From Ruminiclostridium sp. (GTDB lineage Bacteria; Bacillota; Clostridia; Oscillospirales; Ruminococcaceae), in the NCBI GenBank assembly GCA_017472865.1, contig JAFUNV010000027.1, forward strand, positions 2,520-66,519: 64,000 bases of DNA, written 5' to 3'. Below, piece by piece: positions 8,903-19,163 of this stretch (within the stretch, counting starts at the first letter, position 1; each line of letters opens with the position of its first letter). Under the pieces are notes generated by a model that was not told where the DNA came from, did not search any database, and was given only the letters and a program-made list of their open reading frames with translations. The translations under genes and the position numbers were made by a program.

Positions 8903-11695
8903 TTATTCAACAACCGAAGCACATCTGCAGCAGAGCTCAGGGTGCTTTTCGTTCTTTCCGACTGTATCGGAATATGTCCAGCAACGTGCGCACTTTTCGC
9001 CTGTTGCCTTTTCAACGGTAACTGTAAGGCCTTCAACGCTGCCGCTGAATTCGCCTTCACCCTCGCCAAGCTCAACCTGAGATACGATGAACGCCTTGTC
9101 AAGCTCGGGGAGAATATCGCTTAAATCGTCCTTTGTATAAAGAACAACCTTTGCTTCAAGAGACTTACCGATTACCTTTTCATTACGCTTCTTTTCAAGA
9201 GCAACGAGAACATCATCACGGATAGCGTGAATCTTGTCCCACTTTGCGGTATCAACAGAAATACCTGTAGGTTCAGGCATACGGTTGAATACAACGTTGC
9301 GCTTGTCGTCGCCGTCCTTTGCGGGAAGCTCCTGCCAGATTTCATCAGCAGTAAAGGAAAGGATAGGAGCGATAAGTCTTGTAAGACCGCTTAAGATAAT
9401 ATACATAGCTGTCTGAGCAGCGCGTCTGGACTGACCGTCTTCCTTTTCACAGTAAAGTCTGTCCTTGAGAATGTCAAGGTAGAAGTTGGACATGTCAACA
9501 ACGCAGAAGCTGTTGATAGCGTGGTAAGCATGATAGTAATCCATATCCTCGTATGCCTTCTTTACCTTTTCGATAAGAGTGTCATACTTGGTGAGTGCCC
9601 ACTTGTCAATCTCTTCAAGGCTGTCAAGCGCAACCATATCGGTGTTGGGGTTGAATCCCTTGCCGTTGCAGAGGTTGCCGAGGATATAACGTGCGGTGTT
9701 ACGGATTTTTCTGTATGTTTCGGAAAGCTGCTTTAAGATATCGTCGGAAACACGTACATCGCTGTGATAATCAAGTGAGGTTACCCACAGACGGAGTACG
9801 TCTGCACCGTACTTTTCAATAACCTGTTCGGGAACAATGTAGTTACCCTTGGACTTGGACATCTTTTCGCCCTTGCCGTCTACAATCCAGCCGTGAGTAC
9901 ATACTGCCTTGTAGGGAGCATGGCCTGTTGCGGCAACGGAGGTAAGGAGGGAGCTCTGGAACCAGCCTCTGTACTGGTCACAGCCCTCAAGATAAAGGTC
10001 AGCGGGAGAGGAGAGATAATCTCTTTCGTCCATAACCGCAGCCCATGTCACACCTGAGTCAAACCATACGTCAAAAATATCCATTTCCTTGGTAAATTCG
10101 CCGCAGCCGCAATCGCACTTGATTGTGGAAGGGATAAACTCGGAGGGATCCTTTGAATACCATGCGTCAGAGCTTTCAGCACGGAAGAGGTCGGAAATAG
10201 CCTTGATAGTGTCGGAATTTACGATAGGCTTTCCGCAGTCCTTGCAGTATAATACGGGAATCGGAACACCCCAGCGGCGCTGACGGGAAATACACCAGTC
10301 GCTTCTGTCACGTACCATGTTCTTGATACGCTCTTCGCCCCAGCCGGGAATCCATGTTACTTCTTCGATAGCCTTTACCGCTTCGTCAGCGAACTTTTCA
10401 ACAGAGCAGAACCACTGTTCGGTTGCGCGGTAGATAATGGGCTTGTGGCATCTCCAGCAGTGAGGATAGGGGTGAACAATCTTCTGCATTGCAAGGAGAA
10501 GATTGTCATCTTCAAGCTTCTTTGCAATTACAGGGTGAGCCTCGCCTGTGGGAATACCTGCGAACTGACCGGATAATTCGTTAAGAACGCCTCTGTCAGT
10601 TACACCTACGATAATATCAAACATACCCTTGTACTTGTTGCATACCTCAAAGTCCTCAAGACCGTAGCCGGGAGCTGTATGAACGCAGCCTGTACCGCTT
10701 TCAAGAGTTACGTGGTCGCCTAAAATAAGGGTGGACTTTCTGCCCATGAAGGGGTGGTCGGATTCAACAAATTCAAGGTCAGAGCCTAAGAAGGTTCCTA
10801 CTGTGGAGTATTTCTTGATGCCTGCGGCTTCCATAACCGTAGAAACAAGGTCGGTAGCCATAAGGAGATAATCTCCGAAGGAGCTGCTTTCCTCATCTTC
10901 TACCTTTACGAATGTATATTCATAGTTGGGTCCGAGGCAGACAGCAACGTTGCCGGGAAGTGTCCAGGTTGTGGTTGTCCAGATAACAACATAAGCCTTG
11001 GAAAGGTCAATTCCCAGGTCGTCAAACTTGCCCTTGGAATCAGAAATAGGGAACTTTACGTAAATAGAGTAGCACACATCGTCTTCGTACTCGATTTCTG
11101 CTTCTGCAAGTGCTGTGTTACAGTCAGGGCACCAGTAAACAGGCTTCAGACCCTTGTACATAAGTCCTCTTTCAGCCATCTTGCCGAATACTTCAACCTG
11201 CTTTGCTTCAAACTCAGGTCTGATTGTGAGATAAGGGTCGTCAAAATCGCCCCATACGCCCAGACGCTTGAACTGTGCCTTCTGGTCGTCAAGGCAGGAA
11301 AGTGCAAATTCACGGCAGCACTTACGGAGTTCAACGGGGTCGATTGCGCTTCCGTCGGAACCAATCTGCTTTAATGCCTTTAATTCGATAGGAAGACCGT
11401 GGCAGTCCCAGCCGGGAACAAAGGGAGCCTGATATCCCGTCATAGACTTGTACTTTACAATAATGTCCTTGAGAACCTTATTGAGAGCTGTACCCATGTG
11501 AATATTACCGTTGGCGTAGGGAGGGCCGTCATGAAGGATATATTTCGGAAGTCCTTCGTTTTTCTTCTGGAGCTCGTAGTAAAGTCTGTCGCTTTCCCAC
11601 TGTTCAAGCCACTTGGGCTCACGTGCGGGGAGATTGCCTCTCATGGGATAATTGGTCTGCGGCAGATTAAGTGTTTCGTTATAATCCTGTGCCAT
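8903..11695 (-). CDS. ileS: Isoleucine--tRNA ligase (type 1)
   Basis: HDGPPYANG-HMGT, WTTTTWT editing motif, DWCISRQR, KMSKS, C-terminal CARC...CCRC zinc finger. Confidence 0.97.
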   Translation of the reverse strand: MAQDYNETLNLPQTNYPMRGNLPAREPKWLEQWESDRLYYELQKKNEGLPKYILHDGPPYANGNIHMGTALNKVLKDIIVKYKSMTGYQAPFVPGWDCHGLPIELKALKQIGSDGSAIDPVELRKCCREFALSCLDDQKAQFKRLGVWGDFDDPYLTIRPEFEAKQVEVFGKMAERGLMYKGLKPVYWCPDCNTALAEAEIEYEDDVCYSIYVKFPISDSKGKFDDLGIDLSKAYVVIWTTTTWTLPGNVAVCLGPNYEYTFVKVEDEESSSFGDYLLMATDLVSTVMEAAGIKKYSTVGTFLGSDLEFVESDHPFMGRKSTLILGDHVTLESGTGCVHTAPGYGLEDFEVCNKYKGMFDIIVGVTDRGVLNELSGQFAGIPTGEAHPVIAKKLEDDNLLLAMQKIVHPYPHCWRCHKPIIYRATEQWFCSVEKFADEAVKAIEEVTWIPGWGEERIKNMVRDRSDWCISRQRRWGVPIPVLYCKDCGKPIVNSDTIKAISDLFRAESSDAWYSKDPSEFIPSTIKCDCGCGEFTKEMDIFDVWFDSGVTWAAVMDERDYLSSPADLYLEGCDQYRGWFQSSLLTSVAATGHAPYKAVCTHGWIVDGKGEKMSKSKGNYIVPEQVIEKYGADVLRLWVTSLDYHSDVRVSDDILKQLSETYRKIRNTARYILGNLCNGKGFNPNTDMVALDSLEEIDKWALTKYDTLIEKVKKAYEDMDYYHAYHAINSFCVVDMSNFYLDILKDRLYCEKEDGQSRRAAQTAMYIILSGLTRLIAPILSFTADEIWQELPAKDGDDKRNVVFNRMPEPTGISVDTAKWDKIHAIRDDVLVALEKKRNEKVIGKSLEAKVVLYTKDDLSDILPELDKAFIVSQVELGEGEGEFSGSVEGLTVTVEKATGEKCARCWTYSDTVGKNEKHPELCCRCASVVE

Positions 11696-11727
11696 TGTTT
11701 CTTTGTCCTTTCCTTACGGGTTTACCG

Positions 11728-12669
11728 TTATCTTTTTTTCTTGTTCTTGCCGTTTGAACCACTTGTATTGTTACCGAATTCAAGCTTTTCAAACTTTGAT
11801 TTTCCGTTTTTGTGCTTATTCTTAAGGAAGTCGGGAGTGTTATCCTCTTCTTCCTCATCTGCGAAAGCGTTTTCAACAGTAAAGCCGCCTTCGTCAATTT
11901 CATCAACGCTTTCGGTAATCTCTTCGGATTCAGCCTCCTGAACGGGGATTTCGGTAAAGTCGTTGACAATCTTTACATCATCGTCGGTTTCTTCAACCTT
12001 TTCAACATCGGGAGTAATTACCTCCTCGCCCTTCTGCTGAGCAAGAAGCTCACGGAGGTTTGTAACATCGTGATTATCGACAGTTTCCTTTACAAATTCA
12101 TTCTGGCAGATTTCAGGAAGCTTTTTGATAAGCTCGATATGCTCGTTATATTCAACGATAAGGCGGGTTCTGAAGTCCTCGGCCTCGCGTCTTGTTCTTG
12201 CGAGAGCTTCCTTATCAATTTCGTGCTGGATTTCCATTTCAGTATGAAGGTCAGCAGCCTTCTTCGCAGCCTCTTCTTCGATACGCTGCTTTTCGGCAAG
12301 AGCGTCTGCAATAGCCTTTTCGCCCTCTTCCTTCTTCTGAGCAACAACTTCTTCGGCGTCCTTGATCATTTCGTCAGCCTTGTTCTGCGCGTCACCGATT
12401 ATGTTTGCAGCCTTTTCCTTGGCCTCGTCAACAACCATTCTTCCCTGCTTCTGTGCGCCGAGAAGAGCTTCCTTGAGGGCGTCCTCATCTTCGCGGTATT
12501 CACGGATTTTATCAGCCAGAACCTCAAGCTTCTTTTCAAGCTCGTCGTTTGCCTTACGGAGCTTGGAAAATTCAGATGCAACATCGCTTAAAAATTCATC
12601 AACATCTTCCTTCTTGTATCCGCGCATGACCTCGAGAAATTTCTTGTCTCTGATTGTACTCGCTTCCAT
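11728..12669 (-). CDS. divIVA: DivIVA-domain protein
   Basis: F..VMRGYKKEDVDEFL N-terminal motif, long coiled coil, ylmH-divIVA-ileS synteny. Confidence 0.9.
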   Translation of the reverse strand: MEASTIRDKKFLEVMRGYKKEDVDEFLSDVASEFSKLRKANDELEKKLEVLADKIREYREDEDALKEALLGAQKQGRMVVDEAKEKAANIIGDAQNKADEMIKDAEEVVAQKKEEGEKAIADALAEKQRIEEEAAKKAADLHTEMEIQHEIDKEALARTRREAEDFRTRLIVEYNEHIELIKKLPEICQNEFVKETVDNHDVTNLRELLAQQKGEEVITPDVEKVEETDDDVKIVNDFTEIPVQEAESEEITESVDEIDEGGFTVENAFADEEEEDNTPDFLKNKHKNGKSKFEKLEFGNNTSGSNGKNKKKR

Positions 12670-12690
12670 TGTATGCCTCCTGTTTTTTAT

Positions 12691-13431
12691 TCAACTGTAT
12701 TTTTTCAGTAATATTCTTAATCTGCCCTTTTTGGTTTCCGCGCCGCCGCCTGAAAGCACAAGCTTTCCGTAGCCTCTCAGCGAGATTATATCGCCCTCGG
12801 AAAGCAGCCTGCTGACGTTGGTGCAGATTTCATAATTGAGCGTAAAATTGCCTGATTTGATAAAATCGGCTGACTTTTCCCTGCTTAATCCAGAAACGGC
12901 GCTTACTATGCAGTCGGCACGCATTGACGCCACAACCGCCGAAACCTCCGTAAAGACAGCTTCGGGAAGCGGCTTATGTATTCCCTCGGAAATATCAACA
13001 CCTACCCTGCCGATTTTTGAAACATAGTTCACTATCATATCCCGTGCGGTAGCTGTGCAGAACACAACAGCATAGCCATCGCCCGTAAGGATATCACCTA
13101 TCTGCTCGCGACCTATGCCAAGCGACATAAAAGACCCGAGAAAGTCACGGTGTCCCAGAGAAAAGGTCTTTTTATATGTTATGGTAACGGGAAAAAGCGG
13201 AAACTCTGGCTCGCACTCATACGGCAGCACGCAGAGCATCTTTCTTACACAGCATTCTGCGCCGCCCCACAGGACATAGCTCTGCCTGCGCAGGTTCAGG
13301 ATTGCCTCTGCAAAAAACTGCTCCTGCTCGTTGAGAAAGGCCGTGAATTTCGGCGTTCCCTGCTTTTCCGCCAGGAAACACAAATCCGAAACACGCTTTT
13401 CAACGCTTTCCCTTACCGATAATTCTTTCAT
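12691..13431 (-). CDS. ylmH: YlmH S4-domain RNA-binding protein
   Basis: HRDFLGS, SMRAD, GDIISLRGYGK, TKKGR. Confidence 0.9.
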   Translation of the reverse strand: MKELSVRESVEKRVSDLCFLAEKQGTPKFTAFLNEQEQFFAEAILNLRRQSYVLWGGAECCVRKMLCVLPYECEPEFPLFPVTITYKKTFSLGHRDFLGSFMSLGIGREQIGDILTGDGYAVVFCTATARDMIVNYVSKIGRVGVDISEGIHKPLPEAVFTEVSAVVASMRADCIVSAVSGLSREKSADFIKSGNFTLNYEICTNVSRLLSEGDIISLRGYGKLVLSGGGAETKKGRLRILLKKYS

Positions 13432-13886
13432 TAAATAAAGTCAGCGTTGCTGCCCAGTTCGTCAATCATATCGCCTGAAATATCAACGTTTACGGGAACA
13501 ATTATGTATGTTGTGTTAGCAATGCGCTTGAGCTCGCCGTCGGTTGCATAAGCTACGCCGCCGAGAAAGTCAATAAGACGGTTGGAAACGTCCTTATTTG
13601 TGTTGTCAAGGTTAAGCACAACTGTCTTCTTATTCTTGAAATGGTCAGCAATTGCAGCAGCGTCACTGTACTTTTCAGGCTTCACTACGATAACCTGAAG
13701 ATGAGTTGTGGCAGGAATGCTTAAAGTCTTGCTGCTCTTGATGGAAGAAGGTCTTGAAGGTGCGGAAAAATCATCATCAAAGCCTATTGTAGACGGCACG
13801 GATTCGGAATAATCGTTATCGGTTTCATAATCGCCGTCATTGTTGTTGAAGCCTGTTACTTTCTTGAACTGATCGAAGAAACTCAT
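13431..13886 (-). CDS. sepF: Cell division protein SepF
   Basis: VVLNL...RLIDFLGGVAYATDG. Confidence 0.93.
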   Translation of the reverse strand: MSFFDQFKKVTGFNNNDGDYETDNDYSESVPSTIGFDDDFSAPSRPSSIKSSKTLSIPATTHLQVIVVKPEKYSDAAAIADHFKNKKTVVLNLDNTNKDVSNRLIDFLGGVAYATDGELKRIANTTYIIVPVNVDISGDMIDELGSNADFI

Positions 13887-13903
13887 GGTAAAATCCCCCC
13901 AAA

Positions 13904-14623
13904 TTAATATTGCCTGTATCCGAATAGTAAGCTTCCGATTCTTACTATTGTTGAACCATAATAAATTGCCTTTTCAAAATCTCCCGACATACCCATTGAA
14001 AGAGTATCTATGAGGAAGCTCTCCTTACCTCGGGTGCTGTCCCGAAGGTCAGAGTAAAGGCGCTGCATTTTTTCAAAATAACGCTCAGAACTGCCGTTTA
14101 TATCAACAGGCGGAATAGTCATAAGTCCTCTTATGCGAAGGTTACGGTATTCGCCCGCCTCGGCAGCAAGCTCTGAAAGCTGCTCAGCGGGTATGCCGTT
14201 CTTTGACTCTTCCCCGCCTATATTCACTTCAAGCAGAATATCCATTACCCTGCCTGCGGCAGCTGCACGCTTATCTATCTCAGCCGCCAGCTTTATACTG
14301 TCAACCGAGTGTATCATGCTCACCTTATCTATGATATACTTTACCTTGTTTGTTTGAAGTCCGCCGATAAAATGAACGCTGTAATCTCCCGAATACTGCT
14401 CATGCTTATCGAGGAATTCCTGCACGCGGTTCTCGCCCAGCAGCTTTACGCCGAGAGAAACCGAATGATTTACAATTTCAGCAGGCACAGTCTTTGTGAC
14501 TGCCATAAAATTGACCTCGTCACTGCGGCCTGCCTTTATTCTTGCATTTTCTATCTTTTCTGAAATGCGGAAGTAGTTATCCGTTACAAAGGAAATTCTG
14601 TCAGCTGATAATTTTTCCGTCAT
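13904..14623 (-). CDS. yggS: PLP homeostasis protein YggS/YlmE
   Basis: AVTKT, GENRVQE, HFIGGLQTNK, LSMGMSGD, RIGS. Confidence 0.95.
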   Translation of the reverse strand: MTEKLSADRISFVTDNYFRISEKIENARIKAGRSDEVNFMAVTKTVPAEIVNHSVSLGVKLLGENRVQEFLDKHEQYSGDYSVHFIGGLQTNKVKYIIDKVSMIHSVDSIKLAAEIDKRAAAAGRVMDILLEVNIGGEESKNGIPAEQLSELAAEAGEYRNLRIRGLMTIPPVDINGSSERYFEKMQRLYSDLRDSTRGKESFLIDTLSMGMSGDFEKAIYYGSTIVRIGSLLFGYRQY

Positions 14624-15839
14624 ACAAATCCTTTCCTTCCACTATAATAGTATCATATAAGGAGATGTAGCCCTCTTCGTCGCTGGTATCAACCACAAGA
14701 GTGTAGTCCTCCTCGGAAATAATCTGCCTTATCTGCTTGAAAACAACCTGAATACCGCCGCTGAGTGTATATACGCCTACCTTGTCGCCCTCCACACGGA
14801 TAGCGTCGGTGGGAATACGTATACCCTTATAATCGTCCATAAGGAGCTTTACCTGCGCCACACGACCGTCGACAAACTCCGACGAGAAGGTATCACATTC
14901 AAAAATACAGATACTGCTTCCGTCAGGCTGACGTTCAAGACTTATGATATCCGCTTTTACATTCTGCTGTGACGAACCTACATGAAGGGTTACGGTTGCG
15001 CCCTCAAAAACAGTTCCCAGACGGACCGTGTCGAATATAGCAACCATATACCATTTATAGCCGTCAATAAGCTTTCCTATGACACCTGCGGGATTTGTCT
15101 CCTGCTCATCGGCAGAAAGCACATACTCTATCTGCTCTTTGGTAAGCTCAAATACCGTGCCGCTGTTCAGCGCGTCCTCAAAACCGTCAACCTTGCTCAC
15201 AAAATAGCCCGTTTCACCGATAGAGATAGCATAAGGCTCGCGTGAAATCTGCCCCTTGAGCATAGTGATACGGTTTTCGATTTCAGTAATCTTACCCTGA
15301 TACGAAGTTTCAGCACCCTTTACAATTTCCTTCTTGCTCTGAAGGTTAAGCATATCGTCCTTCAGCTCGGATGCGGCACTGTAATCACCGTCATAGAGGT
15401 GCTGGACAATCTGCGAGTGCTTTTCGTAAATCTGGTTTGAAAAGGATTCAAGCTGAGATGAATCCGTACCCACCAGCGCCTGTGCATCCTCAAGAACCGA
15501 CTTCTGTGCTGTCAGAGATTCGATTTCCTGCTGGATTGCAAGGTCGTTCTGGCTGCTGTACACCTCGGCGATAACCGAATTCTTGGCAATTTTTGAACCG
15601 TCGGGGTGAGCATAGTTTATAACACCGCTTATGTTGTAGGAAACCAGCTTTTCATCGCGCACATAAACGCCCTTGAAGCCGATGGTTTCGGTGGTTGTGT
15701 AAAGAGAAGCAATTTCGGTTTTTATGGGGTTGTAAAAATATATTACCAGCTGGCTTGCAATCATGATTGTAAAAAACAGTCCGACGATAAGCCATATCAG
15801 CCTGGTAGTAATCGTCCGTTTTTTATCCGTTTCTGCCAT
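14601..15839 (-). CDS. HlyD/membrane-fusion-protein-like membrane-anchored protein
   Basis: One N-terminal TM, lipoyl-like halves (SGVI..GSKI / GYFVSKVDG) around a helical hairpin, C-terminal GIRIP..AI. Confidence 0.7.
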   Translation of the reverse strand: MAETDKKRTITTRLIWLIVGLFFTIMIASQLVIYFYNPIKTEIASLYTTTETIGFKGVYVRDEKLVSYNISGVINYAHPDGSKIAKNSVIAEVYSSQNDLAIQQEIESLTAQKSVLEDAQALVGTDSSQLESFSNQIYEKHSQIVQHLYDGDYSAASELKDDMLNLQSKKEIVKGAETSYQGKITEIENRITMLKGQISREPYAISIGETGYFVSKVDGFEDALNSGTVFELTKEQIEYVLSADEQETNPAGVIGKLIDGYKWYMVAIFDTVRLGTVFEGATVTLHVGSSQQNVKADIISLERQPDGSSICIFECDTFSSEFVDGRVAQVKLLMDDYKGIRIPTDAIRVEGDKVGVYTLSGGIQVVFKQIRQIISEEDYTLVVDTSDEEGYISLYDTIIVEGKDLYDGKIIS

Positions 15840-15860
15840 CTGTGACCCCCGAAAAACTGA

Positions 15861-16130
15861 TTATTCCTCTTCCTTGAGTTCCTTTTCTTCCTTTTCAAAA
15901 GCGTCAAGGAGAGAAATAGGTCTCATGGGAGTAATTGTAGAAATAGCGTGCTTGTATATGAGATTCTGTCTGCCCTCGGTGTCGAGGATAACAGTGTAGT
16001 TGTCAAAGCCCTTTACGATTCCCTTGAACTGGAAGCCGTTGGTAATGTAAATAGTAACGGGAATGCGTTCTTTTCTAGCCTGATTTAAAAATACGTCCTG
16101 TAAGTTCATATCCTTTGCCATGGTTGTCAT
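15861..16130 (-). CDS. hfq: RNA chaperone Hfq
   Basis: [22 protein letters not shown]; miaA-hfq synteny. Confidence 0.97.
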   Translation of the reverse strand: MTTMAKDMNLQDVFLNQARKERIPVTIYITNGFQFKGIVKGFDNYTVILDTEGRQNLIYKHAISTITPMRPISLLDAFEKEEKELKEEE

Positions 16131-16203
16131 AATCCTTCCTTAAATAAAAATAATGCTAAAAAGGCGTAACTGCCTATAATATTTTTCATTATAGCATACT
16201 TTT

Positions 16204-17145
16204 TTATAAAATGCTATATTTTTTTACTAAATTTTCAGCAATTTCTAAAATTTTTTCATAATTTGTCGATTTTGACGAAGAAATTCGGTAAATTCGCATA
16301 TCTTTGCGGAACCATGTCATCTGCCTTTTGGCATAACGGCGTGTTTCCCTCTTTAATTTCTCGATACATTCCGAAAGCTCCGCTTCACCGTCAAAATAAG
16401 GTTTAAGCTCCTTGTAGCCTATCGCCTGAGCCGCGGTAACGTAATCGTCATGGGTGAAAAACTCCCGCGCCTCCTCCAGAAGCCCGTTTTCCATCATGAT
16501 ATCCACTCTTTTATCGATTCTTTCATAAAGAATCTCCCTGTCCTCATAGTCTATCATCATCATGCAGGGTTCGTAAGGCGACGGATTAAGACGGCTTTCC
16601 GCCTGCACCTGCGTCATGGTCTTGCCGCTTATGTGATAAACCTCCAGAGCGCGTATAATACGGGAAAGATTGTTTTCGTGAAGCCTTGCCGCGCTCTCAG
16701 GGTCAACCTCGCGGAGCTTCTCCAGCACATATCCGTTGCCATTTTCTTCTGCAAGCCTTTTCATTTCCTCACGGAATTCAGGGTCGCTTCCCGTGTCGTC
16801 AAACTCGATATTATCCACCAGGGAATTTATATAAAGCCCCGTGCCGCCGCAGATTATGGGGAGCTTTCCGCGGCTGTGGATATCCCTGATAATTTCGCGC
16901 GCCATAGGCACGTAATCTGCCACGGAAAAAGGCTCGGTAGGCGGAAGAAAATCCATAAGGTGATGAACTATGCCGTCCTTTTCCTCTTCGGTGGGCTTTG
17001 CGCTGGCAATATCCAGCTTTTTGTATATCTGCATTGAGTCTGCCGAAACGACCTCTCCGTCAAAACGCTTTGCAAGGTCGATTGCAAGGCGTGTCTTGCC
17101 CGAGGCGGTAGCACCGCAGACTACAACAATAAAAATCTTATCCAT
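16204..17145 (-). CDS. miaA: tRNA dimethylallyltransferase
   Basis: GATASGKT, DSMQIY, GGTGLY, AIGYKE, YAKRQMTWFR. Confidence 0.97.
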   Translation of the reverse strand: MDKIFIVVVCGATASGKTRLAIDLAKRFDGEVVSADSMQIYKKLDIASAKPTEEEKDGIVHHLMDFLPPTEPFSVADYVPMAREIIRDIHSRGKLPIICGGTGLYINSLVDNIEFDDTGSDPEFREEMKRLAEENGNGYVLEKLREVDPESAARLHENNLSRIIRALEVYHISGKTMTQVQAESRLNPSPYEPCMMMIDYEDREILYERIDKRVDIMMENGLLEEAREFFTHDDYVTAAQAIGYKELKPYFDGEAELSECIEKLKRETRRYAKRQMTWFRKDMRIYRISSSKSTNYEKILEIAENLVKKYSIL

Positions 17146-17153
17146 AAAATTCC

Positions 17154-19124
17154 TTAAACTATTCTGCTGAAATATTTCTCAATTTCATGTTTTGTCATTT
17201 TCACCATAACAGGTCTGCCATGAGGACAGAAGCGGATTTTTTCGTTGTTCCATACCTCTTCGGCTATAACCCGCAGCTCCGACGGGTGATTTACGTCGTT
17301 TGCCTTTACCGCAGTCTTGCAGGCACGGCTGTGGAGCAGGTCGTCGTATATTTCACCGATAATGTTTTCGTTTCCCGCGCAGAGCAGGTCAGTCGCACGC
17401 AGTACCAGCTCAGAGGGCTTCACGTCACCTGCAAAAGCAGATGGACAGGCGGTAATTTCACAGCGGAAGCCCTCTGTCAGTATCACCTCCACGCCTATAT
17501 CCGTGAGCTTATCCGTATTTTCCGCAAGCGCACTGTACTGCTCGGGAGAAAGATCGATAAACTCACTTTCCGCAAGCAGCTGTGACGAGGTCATAAGCTC
17601 GGTACGCTTCTTTTCAAAGTTGATACGCTCGTGGGCGGCGTGCTTGTCAATCATTACAAAATCATCACCGCACTGACAGAGAATATATGTGGCAAAAAGC
17701 TCGCCTATTATTGTAAGCTCAGGCTTTTCGGGTTCAGCCGTAAGCTCAGGGACAGGTTCAGCGCTTCGCAATGCGGCGTCTGTTATATATTTAAAGGTAT
17801 TCTCCTCAGGCTCATCACAGACGGGCTCGGGATGAACAGGTTCAGCCCTGTGTGTTTCAGGCTGTTTTTCCGGCTCGGCAATGCGCTGCTGAACAAACGA
17901 AGACTGCGGCTTATTTACCTTGTAGCTGCTTACAGGCGAATGGAAAGCCACGGGCTTTTCCTTTATTTCAAGAATACGGCTGTTTTCCAGCGTTTCACGT
18001 ACTTTCTCCTTATAAATGTTCTGCGGAGCTGTTTCCAGTGCTTTTTCCACTCTTTCCGCAAGTGGTACAGCTTCGGCTTTAACTTCCGCAACAGGCTCGG
18101 GGAGCTTCTTTTCCAGCTTGATTTCGCGCCTGTTATCGGCGTTGAGGATTGCATTCTTGACGCCGAAATTTATCAAATCGAAAATCTGCTTTTCGTCAGC
18201 AAATCTTACCTCAGTCTTTGACGGGCTTACATTAACATCGCAAAGCTCAGGGTTTATAGTGATATTCAACACACAGGCGGGGAATTTTCCCGTCATGATG
18301 CTGTTACGGTAGCCTTCTTCAAGAGCAGTAAGGCAGATTACCGAGCGTACATATCTGCCGTTCACAAAGAAATACTGCATTGAACGATTGGGACGGGTAA
18401 ACAGGGGTGAAGAAGCATAACCTGTCACCGAAATGCCGCCTGTTGAATAATCCACAGGAATAAGACTCATGGCTAACTGCTTGCCGAACACCGCATATAT
18501 GGCGGAATAATAATCACCGTCGCCGCCTGTACAGCGCACCTGCTTATTATCGCGTATAAAGCGGAAGCTTATATCGGGGTGTGCAAGAGCGAGCTTATCT
18601 ATAAGCCCCTGAACCTGATTGCCCTCAGTAACGTCCTTTTTTAAGAACTTCTGACGGGCTGGAACATTGAAGAATAAATCTCTTATTATAATAGTAGTGC
18701 CGTCGGGACAGCCTGTCTGCTCGTGAGCAGTAATTTCGCCGCCGCTTATCTTAAAACAGCTTCCGTACTGCTTATCCGCTTCTTTTGAAAGCACTTCTAC
18801 CCTTGCAACTGCCGCAACAGAAGCGAGAGCCTCACCTCTGAATCCGAGCGTGAGGATTTTATCAAGGTCGTCGGCGGTTCTTACCTTACTTGTGGCATGA
18901 CGAAGAAAGGCGGTGGGAATTTCATCATGTGCAATTCCGCAGCCGTCGTCCGTAACACGCATAAAGCTGCTTCCGCCGTTCTTTATTTCAACGGTGATAT
19001 GCTTTGCCCCTGCGTCTATGGAGTTTTCAACAAGCTCCTTTATAACCGAAGCGGGTCGTTCAATCACCTCGCCTGCGGCTATCAGCTCAAATACGCTTTT
19101 ATCAAGCAGATTAATCTTCGCCAT
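17154..19124 (-). CDS. mutL: Mismatch repair endonuclease MutL
   Basis: IAAGEVIERP, GFRGEAL, DKHAAHER, ACK, CPHGRP. Confidence 0.97.
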   Translation of the reverse strand: MAKINLLDKSVFELIAAGEVIERPASVIKELVENSIDAGAKHITVEIKNGGSSFMRVTDDGCGIAHDEIPTAFLRHATSKVRTADDLDKILTLGFRGEALASVAAVARVEVLSKEADKQYGSCFKISGGEITAHEQTGCPDGTTIIIRDLFFNVPARQKFLKKDVTEGNQVQGLIDKLALAHPDISFRFIRDNKQVRCTGGDGDYYSAIYAVFGKQLAMSLIPVDYSTGGISVTGYASSPLFTRPNRSMQYFFVNGRYVRSVICLTALEEGYRNSIMTGKFPACVLNITINPELCDVNVSPSKTEVRFADEKQIFDLINFGVKNAILNADNRREIKLEKKLPEPVAEVKAEAVPLAERVEKALETAPQNIYKEKVRETLENSRILEIKEKPVAFHSPVSSYKVNKPQSSFVQQRIAEPEKQPETHRAEPVHPEPVCDEPEENTFKYITDAALRSAEPVPELTAEPEKPELTIIGELFATYILCQCGDDFVMIDKHAAHERINFEKKRTELMTSSQLLAESEFIDLSPEQYSALAENTDKLTDIGVEVILTEGFRCEITACPSAFAGDVKPSELVLRATDLLCAGNENIIGEIYDDLLHSRACKTAVKANDVNHPSELRVIAEEVWNNEKIRFCPHGRPVMVKMTKHEIEKYFSRIV

Positions 19125-19163
19125 TTTTGTGATAAATCCTTTCCTTAAAGGGATATACGTCCG

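Noticed and set aside
11696-11727. Expected T-box upstream of ileS
   Set aside because: Only 32 nt separate divIVA and ileS; no room or T-box motif.
11812-12591. 259-aa hydrophobic + strand ORF
   Set aside because: Antisense shadow of E/K-rich divIVA codons.
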